Notes under the pieces: model-generated
What the model saw: only the letters and a program-made list of their open reading frames with translations
The model's database searches: none
What the model was told of the DNA's origin: nothing
Shown: positions 50,148 through 61,796 of the stretch, one piece after another
Position numbering within the stretch: position 1 is the stretch's first letter
How the letters are laid out: each line of letters opens with the position of its first letter
Assembly: GCA_963771465.1 (NCBI GenBank)
Contig: CAVYTU010000011.1
Span: 216,581 to 280,580, forward strand
Source of the DNA: an uncultured delta proteobacterium
GTDB lineage: Bacteria > Desulfobacterota > Binatia > UBA9968
Reading direction: 5' to 3'
Length of the DNA: 64,000 nt
Program-made: the position numbers and the translations under genes

Positions 50148-52847
50148 ATGGCGGAACGAGGGGTCGACCCAAAAGAAGAAAAAAAATCCTACGGTAGCGT
50201 TTTCGTTATCGGCGCCAGCTTATTGGTGATGTTGACCCTATGGGCATACTGGGACGACAATATTTCCCGCCGTCCATGGAAAGGCATTCAATCTCACTTC
50301 TATCGGCTGGATTACAACAAGGCCAAAGCCGCTTACAATGAAGAGGACAAAAAGCTTCACGCCGATGAAAAGTACCAAGAGCTGGCGAAGAAACTGGCCG
50401 CGTTCCAGTCGAGTCTTACGGACGGCGAACTAGGCAAGAAACTCAAGAGTTTGGAGAACGAAGAAGCGCGGGTGACGGTCAAATTCCAAGAAGCCGATCA
50501 ACGCGTGAAGGATGTTAAGAGCGAGTTGGAAGAAGCATGGTATGAGCATGACCACGCGGTCCAGCAAAAGCGCAATCCGAAACCTTACTTGGACGTGATC
50601 GCTGAACTCGACAAAAAGAAAGAGCAGCTGGATAAGGCGCTCGAGCCGTTGCGGGCTAGGCGCAATCAGCTCAAAGAAGAAATCAAGAAGATCCAAACCG
50701 GCGCCAAGGACATCGAGACTGAGCTTGCCAAGCTGACGGCGGAGCGCGACAAATGGGTCCGGGTGATGGAGAACGCGACTTTTAAGCTCGGTCCGCTCTC
50801 GCCGTATAAGATTCCCAAGATTCAACAGGTGTCGCTCGACGAATTCGACCGTAACCGTTTCGATCAACCGGTGGCGCGCGTCGACCGCTGCCAGACTTGC
50901 CATCTGGCGATCAACCGGGCCGGTTTTGAAAAAGAACCGCAGCCATTCAGAACTCATCCGCGGCGCGAAGTTCTCTTAGCGGACAACGCTCATCCGCCGG
51001 ATAGAGTCGGTTGCACAGGTTGCCACGAAGGCCAAGGCGTTGCGGTGAACAGCGTGAAGCAAGCCCATGGTGAAGTTCACCTTTGGGAATTCCCGTTGCT
51101 GCGCGGCAATAAAGCGCAATCGAGCTGCACCTCTTGCCATCTCGACGTGCAAAAGTACGCCGAGGATGCGCCGCTGTTGGCCGATGGGCAACGACTATTC
51201 GAACAAGTCGGTTGCACCGGCTGCCATCTCGTCAAAGGCTATGAGAACATCCCGAAAATCGCGCCGAGCTTGAGAAAAATCAGCGCTAAAGTCGATCCCG
51301 GCTGGATGGTGCGGTGGATCGAGAACCCGCACAAGTTCCGGCCGCGCACACGCATGCCGAATTTCGATTTGAAACCGGATGACGCGATCGCGATCGCCTC
51401 CTATATCTGGTCGCAGTCCAAAGAGGAAGGCGATAAGTGGACCCAGGAAAATCCCCTGCCCGCCGGACTGCGCGAGGGCGATGCCAACGAAGCGGCGAAG
51501 GGCAAAAAATTGGTCGAGACGATCGGTTGTAAGGGTTGCCATGGTTTCGCCGAGGGAGAATTCACCACGCCACTCGGTAAAGAAAAAGATCTGGTTCCCA
51601 ATCTCAAAGACGTCGCCTCTAAGGTCGGGCCGCAGTGGATTTATCACTGGATCAAAAACCCGCGCGGCTTTGCGCCCGACACGCGCATGCCGAGCTTGCG
51701 GCTTGCTGACGATGAAGCGCGGGCAATCACCACTTACTTGACGACTCTCGGCGCCAAGCCAGAACCTATGGCAGGGATAGAAGAGAAACTCGCCGATGCC
51801 AAAAATATCAAACGCGGCGAATCGTTGGTGCGCAAATGGGGTTGCTTTGGCTGCCACGACATTAAAGGCATGGAAAAAGAATCCCGCATCGGCGCCGAGC
51901 TGACCACCTTCGGTTCAAAAAAAGTAGAGGAGTTGGCTTTCGGCAACCGCACCGATATCAAAGAGACGTGGGACGACTGGACCTACCACAAATTAAAAAC
52001 GCCGCGCATATACGCCACCGAGCGAATCGACCAACTGATGCCGCAATTCAATTTGGCCGATGAGGACATCAAGGCGCTACGCATCGCGCTCGGCGGTTTC
52101 CGCGAGCTCAAGGTTGGCAAGCGCTATCAGGCGGATCAAGGACTGCGCACACAGCAAGTCGTCGAAGGGCGCCGGTTGATGCAGCAATACAACTGCGTCG
52201 GTTGCCACGAGATCGAAAATCGCGGCGGCTTTGTCCGCAAGTACTATCAGGAAAACGTCGCCCTCGCGCCGCCGCCGCTCAATGGCGAAGGCGAGAAGGT
52301 TCAGTCGCAGTGGTTCTTCGGTTTCTTGAAAGCGCCGGTTCCGCTGCGGCCGTGGCTCGACATTCGCATGCCGACCTTCGGTCTTTCCGACGACCATACA
52401 ACGCAGCTGGTGAACTTTTTCAACGGCCTGTCGAAGGTCGAGCAACCCTACGCTTATATCGATGACAAGAATATTCCGCCGGAGCATATCGAAGCCGCCA
52501 AGGTTTTGACTTCGAAGGATTATTTCAACTGCTTTAGCTGCCATATGCAGGGCGCCAAGACGCCTGAAGGTCCCAAGGAAGGTTGGGCGCCGGATCTGAC
52601 GATGGCGCGCCAGCGTTTGAATCCCAACTGGATTCTCAAGTGGCTGAAGGACCCACAGAAAGTTCAACCGGGCACCAAGATGCCGTCGTTCTATCCAGGC
52701 GGTCCGGATAACGTTCTCGGCGGCAAGGAAGACTTGCAAATCGAAGCTCTGCGCGATTATTTAATGTCAATCGGCCGTGGTGGTGCTGCGCCCATGGCTG
52801 CGACTCCGGCGCCGGCACAAGTGGCTAAAGCCAAGCCGGCAAAGTGA
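50148..52847 (+). CDS. Membrane-anchored octaheme cytochrome c with coiled-coil stalk
   Basis: 8 CxxCH: CQTCH, CTGCH, CTSCH, CTGCH, CKGCH, CFGCH, CVGCH, CFSCH. Confidence 0.9.
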   Translation: MAERGVDPKEEKKSYGSVFVIGASLLVMLTLWAYWDDNISRRPWKGIQSHFYRLDYNKAKAAYNEEDKKLHADEKYQELAKKLAAFQSSLTDGELGKKLKSLENEEARVTVKFQEADQRVKDVKSELEEAWYEHDHAVQQKRNPKPYLDVIAELDKKKEQLDKALEPLRARRNQLKEEIKKIQTGAKDIETELAKLTAERDKWVRVMENATFKLGPLSPYKIPKIQQVSLDEFDRNRFDQPVARVDRCQTCHLAINRAGFEKEPQPFRTHPRREVLLADNAHPPDRVGCTGCHEGQGVAVNSVKQAHGEVHLWEFPLLRGNKAQSSCTSCHLDVQKYAEDAPLLADGQRLFEQVGCTGCHLVKGYENIPKIAPSLRKISAKVDPGWMVRWIENPHKFRPRTRMPNFDLKPDDAIAIASYIWSQSKEEGDKWTQENPLPAGLREGDANEAAKGKKLVETIGCKGCHGFAEGEFTTPLGKEKDLVPNLKDVASKVGPQWIYHWIKNPRGFAPDTRMPSLRLADDEARAITTYLTTLGAKPEPMAGIEEKLADAKNIKRGESLVRKWGCFGCHDIKGMEKESRIGAELTTFGSKKVEELAFGNRTDIKETWDDWTYHKLKTPRIYATERIDQLMPQFNLADEDIKALRIALGGFRELKVGKRYQADQGLRTQQVVEGRRLMQQYNCVGCHEIENRGGFVRKYYQENVALAPPPLNGEGEKVQSQWFFGFLKAPVPLRPWLDIRMPTFGLSDDHTTQLVNFFNGLSKVEQPYAYIDDKNIPPEHIEAAKVLTSKDYFNCFSCHMQGAKTPEGPKEGWAPDLTMARQRLNPNWILKWLKDPQKVQPGTKMPSFYPGGPDNVLGGKEDLQIEALRDYLMSIGRGGAAPMAATPAPAQVAKAKPAK

Positions 52848-52908
52848 CGATGAATATTGGACCAACCTGGTCGTCAAACCGATGACCAGTCAGATTGAAG
52901 GAGGAATC

Positions 52909-53622
52909 ATGGGTAAGATCAAATTTTTTGTTTTGGCGGCGGCATTAGTGACATTCCCGACGGGCGCAATGGCCCAGTATAAAGGCGGCGACGTTAAAGA
53001 TGCCGGCAGCATCTCCGGTACGGTGAAATTCAAAGGCTCCGCGCCCGCACCTAAAAAGCTCGATGTCGGTAAGGACAAAGAAGTGTGCGACAAGTCGCCG
53101 AAAGTGGATCAGACGTTAGTCGTGAAGGACGGCAATTTGGCCAATGCGGTGGTGACCATCACGGATATCAAGAGCGGCAAGAAAATGGATCTCAAGAAAG
53201 TGACCCTCGATCAAAAGGGCTGCGAATACCACCCGCACGTGCTGGCCTTTCCCGCCGGCTCAGCGGTCGAGATTCTCAATCCCGACGGCATTCTTCACAA
53301 CGTGCACTCCTACAGCAAGGTCAACAGTCCGTTTAACCAGGCACAGCCAAAATTCAAGAAGAGCTTGGAAGTGAAGATTGAAAAACCGGAGGCGGTCGAA
53401 GTGAAATGCGACGTGCATGGCTGGATGCACGGCTGGCTCGTGGCCACGCCGAATCCGTATTTTGCGGTAACCGACGGCTCGGGCAGCTTCAAGCTAACCG
53501 ACGTGCCGGCGGGCAGCTACACTCTCGAACTCTGGCATGAAAAGCTTGGCAAGAGCACGCAGAAAGTGACCGTGAAGGCGAAGGAAGAAGCCAAGGTTAA
53601 CTTCGAAGTCGCAGGCAAATAA
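52909..53622 (+). CDS. Secreted cupredoxin-like / carboxypeptidase-regulatory-like domain protein
   Basis: Signal peptide; HNVH and CDVHGWM; GGAGG RBS. Confidence 0.75.
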   Translation: MGKIKFFVLAAALVTFPTGAMAQYKGGDVKDAGSISGTVKFKGSAPAPKKLDVGKDKEVCDKSPKVDQTLVVKDGNLANAVVTITDIKSGKKMDLKKVTLDQKGCEYHPHVLAFPAGSAVEILNPDGILHNVHSYSKVNSPFNQAQPKFKKSLEVKIEKPEAVEVKCDVHGWMHGWLVATPNPYFAVTDGSGSFKLTDVPAGSYTLELWHEKLGKSTQKVTVKAKEEAKVNFEVAGK

Positions 53623-53643
53623 CTACTTACAAGTTCGACTCAC

Positions 53644-53683
53644 AAAGCGCGGCGCTCAGAGAATGGGCGCCGCGCTTTTTTTT
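53644..53683 (+). terminator. Intrinsic terminator
   Basis: AAAGCGCGGCGCTCA..TGGGCGCCGCGC followed by a T-run. Confidence 0.8.
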
Positions 53684-53726
53684 CTGCTATGTGGCAAATT
53701 AACTTTGCTGGCCAGTCTTTTCTCGC

Positions 53727-54413
53727 CTAGTTATCTTTCGTCGCGGCTATTTTGAAATAGTTCCAAGCGCGCTCCATGTCCGCGGGCGTCAAAGCCTCGA
53801 CTTGACGCTGTTTTGATTCGACCATTGTGAGCGGGATGGGCGTACCGATCTGTATGGCGCCGAATAGGATTTGTGCCGCTTCTTCCAGGTAGATCGCCAT
53901 CATCACGGCTTCGGGAATCGTTCCGCCCACTGTCACCTGACCGTTGCCCCTGAGTAACAGCGCCGGTTTGTCGTCGAGAATTTGCGCCACTTCGGCGCCG
54001 AGAGCGGCGGTCAAAATCAAATCCGGTTTCGCGTACACAGGAACGCCGCCGGCGAAGAAGCTGCCGTGGCTATGCACCGGTTCGAGTTTTCGGTTGGTTA
54101 CCGAGAAGATATTGGCGACGCGGGCGTGAATGCGCGTGATGGCATTTACCCCTGGCTTGGCTTTCATGATGACTGCATGGAGCGAGGCTTCGATCGGCGC
54201 GGCCTGTCGACCTTCCACTACTTGGCCATCGCCGTTCATGGTCAACAGCTCGCTTTCCTGCACCAGTGCCAGGCTGATTCTTGGTGTGATGATAAAGTGG
54301 TCGCTGTTCGGAATACGCGCGCTGACATGGCCGAATCCTTCGACCAATTTTTGTTGCGAGAGAATGCGGCTGGCGCTGATGACATCATTTTTCAGTTGCT
54401 CGATGGGGTCCAT
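53727..54413 (-). CDS. Class II aldolase/adducin family protein
   Basis: GFGHVSAR, EASLH, LLLRGNG, YLEEAA. Confidence 0.85.
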   Translation of the reverse strand: MDPIEQLKNDVISASRILSQQKLVEGFGHVSARIPNSDHFIITPRISLALVQESELLTMNGDGQVVEGRQAAPIEASLHAVIMKAKPGVNAITRIHARVANIFSVTNRKLEPVHSHGSFFAGGVPVYAKPDLILTAALGAEVAQILDDKPALLLRGNGQVTVGGTIPEAVMMAIYLEEAAQILFGAIQIGTPIPLTMVESKQRQVEALTPADMERAWNYFKIAATKDN

Positions 54414-54485
54414 AAGGCTCCTTTAAAATCTGAAAATTTTACGTTATATTAAGCTGTTCCAAATTTACGGGAAAGTGAGTCGTCT

Positions 54486-54755
54486 ATGAAAGTAAAAGTT
54501 GAATCATATTCCGACTCCAAAGGCCATGAGAGCCCGACCCGATTTATGCTTGGAAGCCGAACCATTCAGGTGGAAGCCTGCGTGGATCGTTGGTACGGCG
54601 AGCAGGCGTGCTATTTCCGCGTGTTAGGAAGCGATGAGAACTCCTATATTCTCAAGGGTCCGCTTGAGGACGGTACGTGGGAGATGGTTTCGTTTACGCA
54701 CAAGGATTCCCGCGGTACCGAGTTAGAATACGAAGGCAAAAGGGAACTTCAGTAA
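54486..54755 (+). CDS. Small hypothetical protein
   Basis: 89 aa; P.RF, DRWYG, YFRV pattern. Confidence 0.6.
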   Translation: MKVKVESYSDSKGHESPTRFMLGSRTIQVEACVDRWYGEQACYFRVLGSDENSYILKGPLEDGTWEMVSFTHKDSRGTELEYEGKRELQ

Positions 54756-54844
54756 GGCGTAAATTCCCTCTTGCTTCTCGATTTTCAATCTTCCGTAACA
54801 CTCTCAACGGCGAGAGAAATACATTACTAGTTCGAGGTAGGGAA

Positions 54845-56187
54845 ATGTCGAAGCAACATTTAGTCGCGATGGTTGGCGCCGGCCCGGCGGGTATCTACGG
54901 CGCGCGCAAACTGACCGAAGCCGGTCATCGAGTGGTCTTGATCAATCGCGATATCAAGCCCGGCGGTTTGGCCGAATACGGCATCTTCGTCGACAAGGAA
55001 AAGATGAAAACCGGCCTGCGCAAACAGTTCAAAAGAATTCTTTCAGACCCCAAAGTGTTTTACCTGGGTCATGTGATGGTCGGCCAGAATCAGCCGCTGT
55101 CACTCAAAGATCTGCAGGATATGGGTTTTGGCGCCGTGGTCGTGACCGCGGGCGCGCAAGGCACGAAAAAATTGGGCATCGAGGGTGAAGAAGCCGTCGG
55201 TGTCTACCACGCCAAAGACGTCGTCTATCATTACAACTCGCTGCCGCCGTTCAGCGAGCAGTCATTCGAAATCGGCCGGCGGGTTGCCATCATCGGCATG
55301 GGTAACGTCATGGTCGATATCGCCAACTGGCTGCTCAATCTAAAAAAGATCGATCAGGTGGTCGTCGTCGCCCGCCGGGGGCCGCTGGAAAAGGCCTACG
55401 ATGACAGTGAGTTCGAATACATCGACATGTATCTCGACAACGCCGATATGAAACAGGAGATCGATCGCATCAGCGCATCGCTCACCGCCGTGGGACAAGA
55501 TGTTGGCGCGATCACGCAAAAAATGGTGCGCCAAGGCGAACCGTTGGAAGGCCGCCGGCTGACATTCCGCTATCTCTGCTCGCCGACGAAAGTCATCGCC
55601 AACGATCAAGGCCGGGTCGCCGCGCTCGAAGCGGAAGAAAACGAAATGATTCTGCAGGAGGGCAAGACCGTCGCCAAGGGAACCGGCAAGACGCGCCGTA
55701 TCGAAGTCGACTGTGTCATCTACGCCATCGGCGATCAGGTCGATGCCGCGCTCGGTCTGCCTTTCTCACGTGGCGCCTTCGTGACCAATCCGGAAAAGCT
55801 GCCGGGCGATCCCAATCCTGCCGCCTATCAGCCCTACGATCCCGAACCAAGAAAGCTCTCGACAGCATCTTCGTCGCCGGCTGGTCGCGCAACGCCAGCG
55901 TCGGTTTGGTCGGCGTCGCCAAACAAGACGCCGAGCGCGGCATGAAAGTGGTCAATGAATATCTCGCCGCGAAAGAAGGTCCTTCTGCTGGCGAGATGGA
56001 AGAGAAGATCGAATCGCTGATGGAGATGCTTAAGAAAAAGGGTGTATCGGTGGTCACCAAGTCCGACGTCGAACTGCTTGAAGGCGCCGAACAAGAAGCC
56101 GCCAAAGCGCGCAAAACATGGGACTTCAAGTACACCAGCGATGACAAGATGCTGGAAGTCATCGCAGCGCGCCGAGCGGGGCAATAA
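54845..56187 (+). CDS. FAD-dependent ferredoxin--NADP reductase-like (FprA family); frameshift near 55850
   Basis: VGAGPAG, PGGLAEYG, GMGNVMVD, ARRGP; C-terminus (GW.R..GLVG) in the next frame. Confidence 0.8.
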
Positions 56188-56223
56188 GCCGGCGCAATTT
56201 CTCGACAATTTGCATTCGCGCAC

Positions 56224-56259
56224 AAGCCGAAAGCTAGTTGCTTTCGGCTTTTTATTTTT
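56224..56259 (+). terminator. Intrinsic terminator
   Basis: AAGCCGAAAGC-TAGTT-GCTTTCGGCTT then TTTATTTTT. Confidence 0.8.
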
Positions 56260-56394
56260 CTCACCGACCTGCCCCTGTTATTTCGGCACAATCCTTTCAA
56301 TACAATTTTCTGAACACCCAACCGTCCTTGCTCTGGCTTAACCAAATCGCATAGAATCGGCGAAAATTCCGTTACGTTATCATCGTCGATTACC

Positions 56395-58750
56395 GTGATC
56401 ACCGAAGCCGACACCTGTAGAAAATACGTCCTGCCGAAACTCTACGCCGCTGGTTGGAACGACGATCAGATCAGCGAGCAAAAGAGCTTTACGGACGGGC
56501 GGATTCTCGTCGTTGGCACTAAAGCGCGCCGCCGGCCCTCTAAGCGAGCCGATTACCTTTTGCGCTATGCCAGAGACTTCATGCTGGCGGTGGTCGAAGC
56601 AAAGGCGGCCTACAAACTTCCCGGCGACGGTCTGCAACAAGCCAAAGATTACGCTGAAATTCTTGGCGTAAAGTTCGCCTATTCCACCAACGGACACGGT
56701 ATCGTCGAGTTTGATTTCACTACGGGCCAAGAGCGCCAGCTCGATTTTTTTCCAAAACCCGCCGAACTATGGCAACGCTTTCGAGCCAGCGAGAAGATTG
56801 AGGACGACGAAACCGCGAACAGAATGTTAACCCCGGCCAATTCTGCCATAGGCAAAGGCCAGCGCTACTATCAAGAGATCGCGATCAACCGGGTTATCCA
56901 GGCGGTACTGCAAGGCAAGAAACGAATCCTTCTCACCATGGCCACGGGCACAGGCAAGACGGCGGTGGCGTTTCAAATTTGCTGGAAGCTCTGGAACATG
57001 CGCTGGAACCGCGCCGGTGAGCACCGCCGGCCGAAGATTCTTTATCTGGCGGATCGAAATATTCTGATCGACGATCCCAAGGACAAGATGTTCACGATCT
57101 TCGGCGACGCCCGATGGAAGATTGAGAACGGCGAGATCAACAAGGGGCGCGAGATTTATTTCGCGATTTATCAGGCCATTGCCAAAGATGAGCGGCGCCC
57201 TGGGTTGTATAAAGAATATTCCAAAGATTTCTTCGACTTGATCATCGTCGACGAATGTCACCGCGGCAGCGCCAAGGATCAGAGCAATTGGCGCGAGATA
57301 TTGCGTTACTTCCAGCCGGCTTTTCAGTTGGGTATGACGGCGACGCCGTTGCGGAAAGAAAATCGCGATACCTATCGTTACTTCGGCAACCCCGTCTACA
57401 CTTACAGTTTGCGCCAAGGCATTGAGGATGGTTTTCTCGCGCCCTATCGAGTTCACCGTATCGTGAGCGAATGGGACGCGGCGGGCTGGCGGCCGAGCCA
57501 AGGCGACCTCGATCGTTACGGCCGCGAGATTCCCGACAGCGAATACCAGACCATCGATTTCGAGCGCGCCGTCGCGCTCAAGGCTCGCACCGAAGCGATC
57601 GCGCGCAATATCACCGAATTTCTAAAAAAGACCGATCGCTTCGCCAAGACCATCGTCTTCTGCGTCGACCAGGAACATGCGGACGAGATGCGTAGAGCGC
57701 TTAACAATCTTAACGACGATTTGGTCAAACAGTATCCCGACTACGTTTGCCGGATCACGTCTGATGAGGGAAGCACTGGGAAAGGATATCTGAGCAAGTT
57801 TCAGGAGCTCGAAACGATCAGCTCCCGTGATCGTGACGACTTCACAATTGCTCACCACCGGCGTCGATATTCCCACTTGCAAAAATATCGTCATTGCCCG
57901 CGTGGTCGGCTCGATGGTGGAATTCAAACAGATCATTGGGCGAGGAACGCGGGTGCGTGACGATTACGACAAGTACTATTTCAATATTCTCGATTATACC
58001 GGTTCGGCGACACGGCTGTTCGCCGACCGTGACTTTGACGGCGAGCCGGCTTTCGTGACCGAGCAGGAGATGAACGAGACAGGCGAGACCATCCATGAAA
58101 TGATAACGGAGCAACCGACGGTTTCCGAATCCGAAGAAGAAGTGGCCCGACGATCGCGGATGATTCGGAAGGCGTGCGGCGGAAATTTTACTTCGACGGC
58201 GGCCAAGTGGAGATCGCCGCGCATTTGGTTTATGAACTCGATCCGGATGGCCGGCAACTTCGCGTGGTCCGGTTCTCCGAATACGCGGCGGAAAAAGTGC
58301 GCACGCTTTACCCATCCGCGGCCGATTTGCGTAAACAGTGGGCCGACCCGATGCTGCGCGCCGAGATCATCGCGAAACTGGAAGAGCGCGGTATCGATTT
58401 CGATCAATTGCGCTCGTCGAGCAACCAGCCGGAAGCCGATCCGTTCGATCTTCTTTGCCATCTCGCTTTCAACGGCCCATTGCGGACACGGCGTGAGCGC
58501 GCGGACCGGGTAAAGAAGGAAGAGAAGATTTTCTTCGAGAAATACGGGCCAGGAAGCGCGAGCGATTCTCGCAGATCTCTTGGAAAAATACGCCGAGCAC
58601 GGAACCGCGCAGTTCGTTATTCCCGACGTTCTCAAAGTCCCGCCGATTTCGGAGCGCGGCAACGTGATCGAGATTGCCCAGCTATTCGGCGGGCCGGAAA
58701 AGCTGAAGGAAGCGGTGGATCAGCTTCAATCGCTTCTTTATGCGGCGTGA
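56395..58750 (+). CDS. hsdR: Type I restriction enzyme R subunit (EcoAI/EcoEI-like), frameshifted
   Basis: EADT, VVEAK, MATGTGKT, DECHRG, TATP, LTTGVD, QIIGRG; indels near 57825, 58150, 58555. Confidence 0.9.
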
Positions 58751-58768
58751 GCCGATCGTTACCGAAAC

Positions 58769-58855
58769 GCAGAAACCTTACATTAAATAGTAAGGTTTTC
58801 TACTTAAACTGGGATATAATTTGCAAAAACCTTAAAGTAAATGTAAGGTTTCTGC
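58769..58855 (+). promoter_or_regulatory. Promoter with two palindromic operators upstream of the AbiEi-like gene
   Basis: AAACCTTAC-N8-GTAAGGTTT (58773-58798) and AAACCTTAA-N7-GTAAGGTTT (58827-58851) flank TATAAT (58815-58820). Confidence 0.7.
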
Positions 58856-59559
58856 ATGAAAAATAGAGGCGAGAAATCTGACAACTTCTTTTCGAGATCG
58901 CCGAAAGTCAGCAAGGATACTTCACTGTCTGCGGATGCGAAGAAGGCTGGGATACGATTACCCTCATCAATATTTCCATGTAAAGCAACGCAATTGGATT
59001 CGAATCGATCGCGGAATTTATCGTCTCAAGCAGGTTTCCAATCGGCGCCGCACGAAGATCTGCTTCGCTGGTGGCTATGGAGCCGGCAAGAAAGCGGTGC
59101 GTATCGCACGAGACAGCGCGCCGCACTCTATGATCTCGGCGATCTGCTTCCGGCAAAGATTCACCTGACAGTCGCCGCCAATTTTCGGAAGCGGCCGAAC
59201 TAAGAGTCTCGTACTGCATAAGACGAACATTGAACGAGTTTGAAATCGAAAAGCGCGACGGTCTTCCCGTGACAAAACCGTTGCGTACCATATTGGATCT
59301 CGCCCGATCGCATCTGGACGACGAACGATTAGAAGCAGTTGCGAGGGACGCTATTCTCAAAGGGATCGCGAGCCGCAGAGAGATACTGGACGCTTTGGCA
59401 ACAATGCCGAAAGGGATTGACTCCGCAACTCAAACCACGCTCCGACTCGCGGCACGAGTAGGGGCTGAACGGCTATACATTGAACGATTAGCCGTTGACG
59501 AACTTCCGAAAGTCGGAGAAGAGCCCGTTCGGATCACTGCAATCTCACCTCGAGGTTGA
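58856..59559 (+). CDS. Type IV TA AbiEi-family antitoxin/regulator, frameshifted
   Basis: FEIAESQQGYFT, WIRIDRGIYRL, LYDLGDLLPAKIHLTV, GLPVTKPLRTILD across frames. Confidence 0.7.
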
Positions 59560-59863
59560 CGATGTTTGGCGTGAGCTTAAGGCCGGACTTCGGTTGGTGT
59601 ACGGAGATCGGTTAAGGGGAATGTATCTCTTCGGTTCTTATGCGCGAGGCGAAGCAGATCGGGAATCCGATTTTGATATCCTAGTTGTACTGCAGGATTT
59701 TACTCGCTATGCCCATGAAGTCGATCGTACGCGGAGCTTGCTGCAGATCTCTCCACTGAAATACAGCGTAACCGTCAGTCTTGTTTTCTTTCGTGAACAT
59801 GAATGGTTGCACGGAGACACGCCTTTCTTGTCGAACGTTCGCGACGAGGCCGTTCCCGCTTGA
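59495..59863 (+). CDS. Minimal nucleotidyltransferase (MNT)
   Basis: YLFGSYARGEADRESDFDILVV; start uncertain. Confidence 0.8.
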   Translation: MTNFRKSEKSPFGSLQSHLEVDDVWRELKAGLRLVYGDRLRGMYLFGSYARGEADRESDFDILVVLQDFTRYAHEVDRTRSLLQISPLKYSVTVSLVFFREHEWLHGDTPFLSNVRDEAVPA

Positions 59864-60247
59864 AAGAGACGACCGAAAAATTGTTTGCGAAAGCGTCCCG
59901 CTCGGTGCAAGCTGCCGAACATTTGGCGAAGGATGGCAATGCGGAGTTCTCCGTCGGGAGAGCCTACTATGCAATGTTCTATGCCGCTCAAGCTCTTGCT
60001 CAATGAAACTTACGTTGCGGTTTCGAAAACATTCCGGAGTGCACAACGCGTTTGCAGAACAATTCATCAAGCCTGGATTGATGGACAAAAGATACCATCG
60101 GTGGCTTGTTGGCAGCATTTAACAAACGGATCACCGGAGATTATGGCATAGAGTCTGATCTAACCGCAGAAGACGCAAGTTTATTGATCGGCCAAGCGCG
60201 CGAGTTTTTAGAGAGTAGCGAAACAGTTTCTAGAAAAGAAAGAATAG
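59860..60247 (+). CDS. HEPN domain protein, frameshifted
   Basis: GRAYYAMFYAAQA, KHSGVHNAF, KRITGDY; TTG start overlaps the MNT stop. Confidence 0.8.
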
Positions 60248-60250
60248 TTC

Positions 60251-61796
60251 ATGGCCCGTAAAAAAACAACGTCACAACCCCTGACCACCGCCCAGCGGCT
60301 TTCGTCCATCGTCAAGTCTTGCCGCGATATCATGCGCAAGGACAAGGGGCTCAACGGCGACCTCGACCGGCTGCCGATGCTCACCTGGATCATGTTTCTG
60401 AAATTCCTCGACGACATGGAGCAGATCGCCGAGCAGGAAGCGCAGATGGCCGGCAAACGCTTTCGTCCCGCGCTCGAAGCGCCGTATCGCTGGCGCGACT
60501 GGGCGGCGAAAGCCGACGGCATCACCGGCGACGAGCTGATTAGTCTTCGTGAACAACGAGGAAGCCGTCCGGCCTGACGGCAAGAAAGGTCCCGGACTGT
60601 TCGCCTATCTGCGCGGTTTGCAGGGCGCCAACGGCGGCGACCGGCGCGATGTCATCGCCACGGTGTTCAAAGGCACGATCAACCGGATGATCAACGGCTA
60701 CCTGCTGCGCGACGTGATCAATAAGGTCAGCGACATTCACTTCACCAGCAGCGACGAGATCCACACCCTCGGCCATCTTTACGAGTCCATGCTCAAAGAG
60801 ATGCGCGACGCCGCCGGCGACTCCGGCGAGTTCTACACGCCGCGCGCCGTCGTCCGCTTCATGGTCGAAGTCATGAACCCCAAGCTTGGCGAAGTCGATC
60901 CTCGACCCGGCCTGCGGCACCGGCGGATTTCTCGTCGAGTCGTTCAAGCACTTGGAGAAGCAGTGCAAGACGGTCGAGGACCGACGGATTCTGCAAACGC
61001 AGAGCATCTTCGGCGGCGAGGCCAAGTCGCTGCCGTATCTGCTGGCGCAGATGAATCTGGTGCTTGCACGGTTTGGAGTCGCCGCAAGATCGATCCGCTG
61101 CAACAGCCTGCGCTTCCCGCTGCGCGAGATCGGCGACCGGGACCGCGTCGATATCATCATGACCAACCCGCCCTTCGGCGGCGAAGAAGAGCGCGGCATC
61201 CTCGGCAACTTTCCCGAAGACAAGCAGACCTCGGAAACGGCGCTGCTGTTTCTCCAGCTCATCATGCGCAAGCTCAACGCAGCCACGCCCGAAGCCCGGC
61301 CGCGCCGCGGTCGTCGTGCCCAACGGCACGCTCTTCGGCGACGGCGTCTGCGCCCGGATCAAGGAAGAGCTGCTCAAGGAGTTCAATCTCCACACGATCG
61401 TCCGCCTGCCGAACGGCGTCTTCGCGCCGTACACGAGCATCCCGACGAACCTGCTTTTCTTCGACCGCTCCGGTCCGACGGAGGAGGTCTGGTACTACGA
61501 GCAGCCGCTGCCCGAAGGGCGGAAGAACTACACGAAGACGCAGCCGATCCAGTTCGAGGAGTTCGCCGGCTGCTTGGAGTGGTGGAACGAAGCGCGAGGA
61601 GAACGAACGCGCATGGAAAGTGCCCGCGTCTGAGTTGCTCGCCAATGGCTGCAACCTCGACCGCAAGAATCCCAGCGCCGCCACCGATTTCGAACATCTG
61701 CCGCCCGAACAACTCGCCGACGATATTCTCAAGAAAGAGCAGCGCATCATGGAGATCATGGCGGAGATCAAAGCGCAGCTGGCAGCGAGGCCATGA
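60251..61796 (+). CDS. hsdM: Type I R-M methyltransferase M subunit, frameshifted
   Basis: GEFYTPR, DPACGTGGFL, NPPFGG, LPNGVFAPY. Confidence 0.9.
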
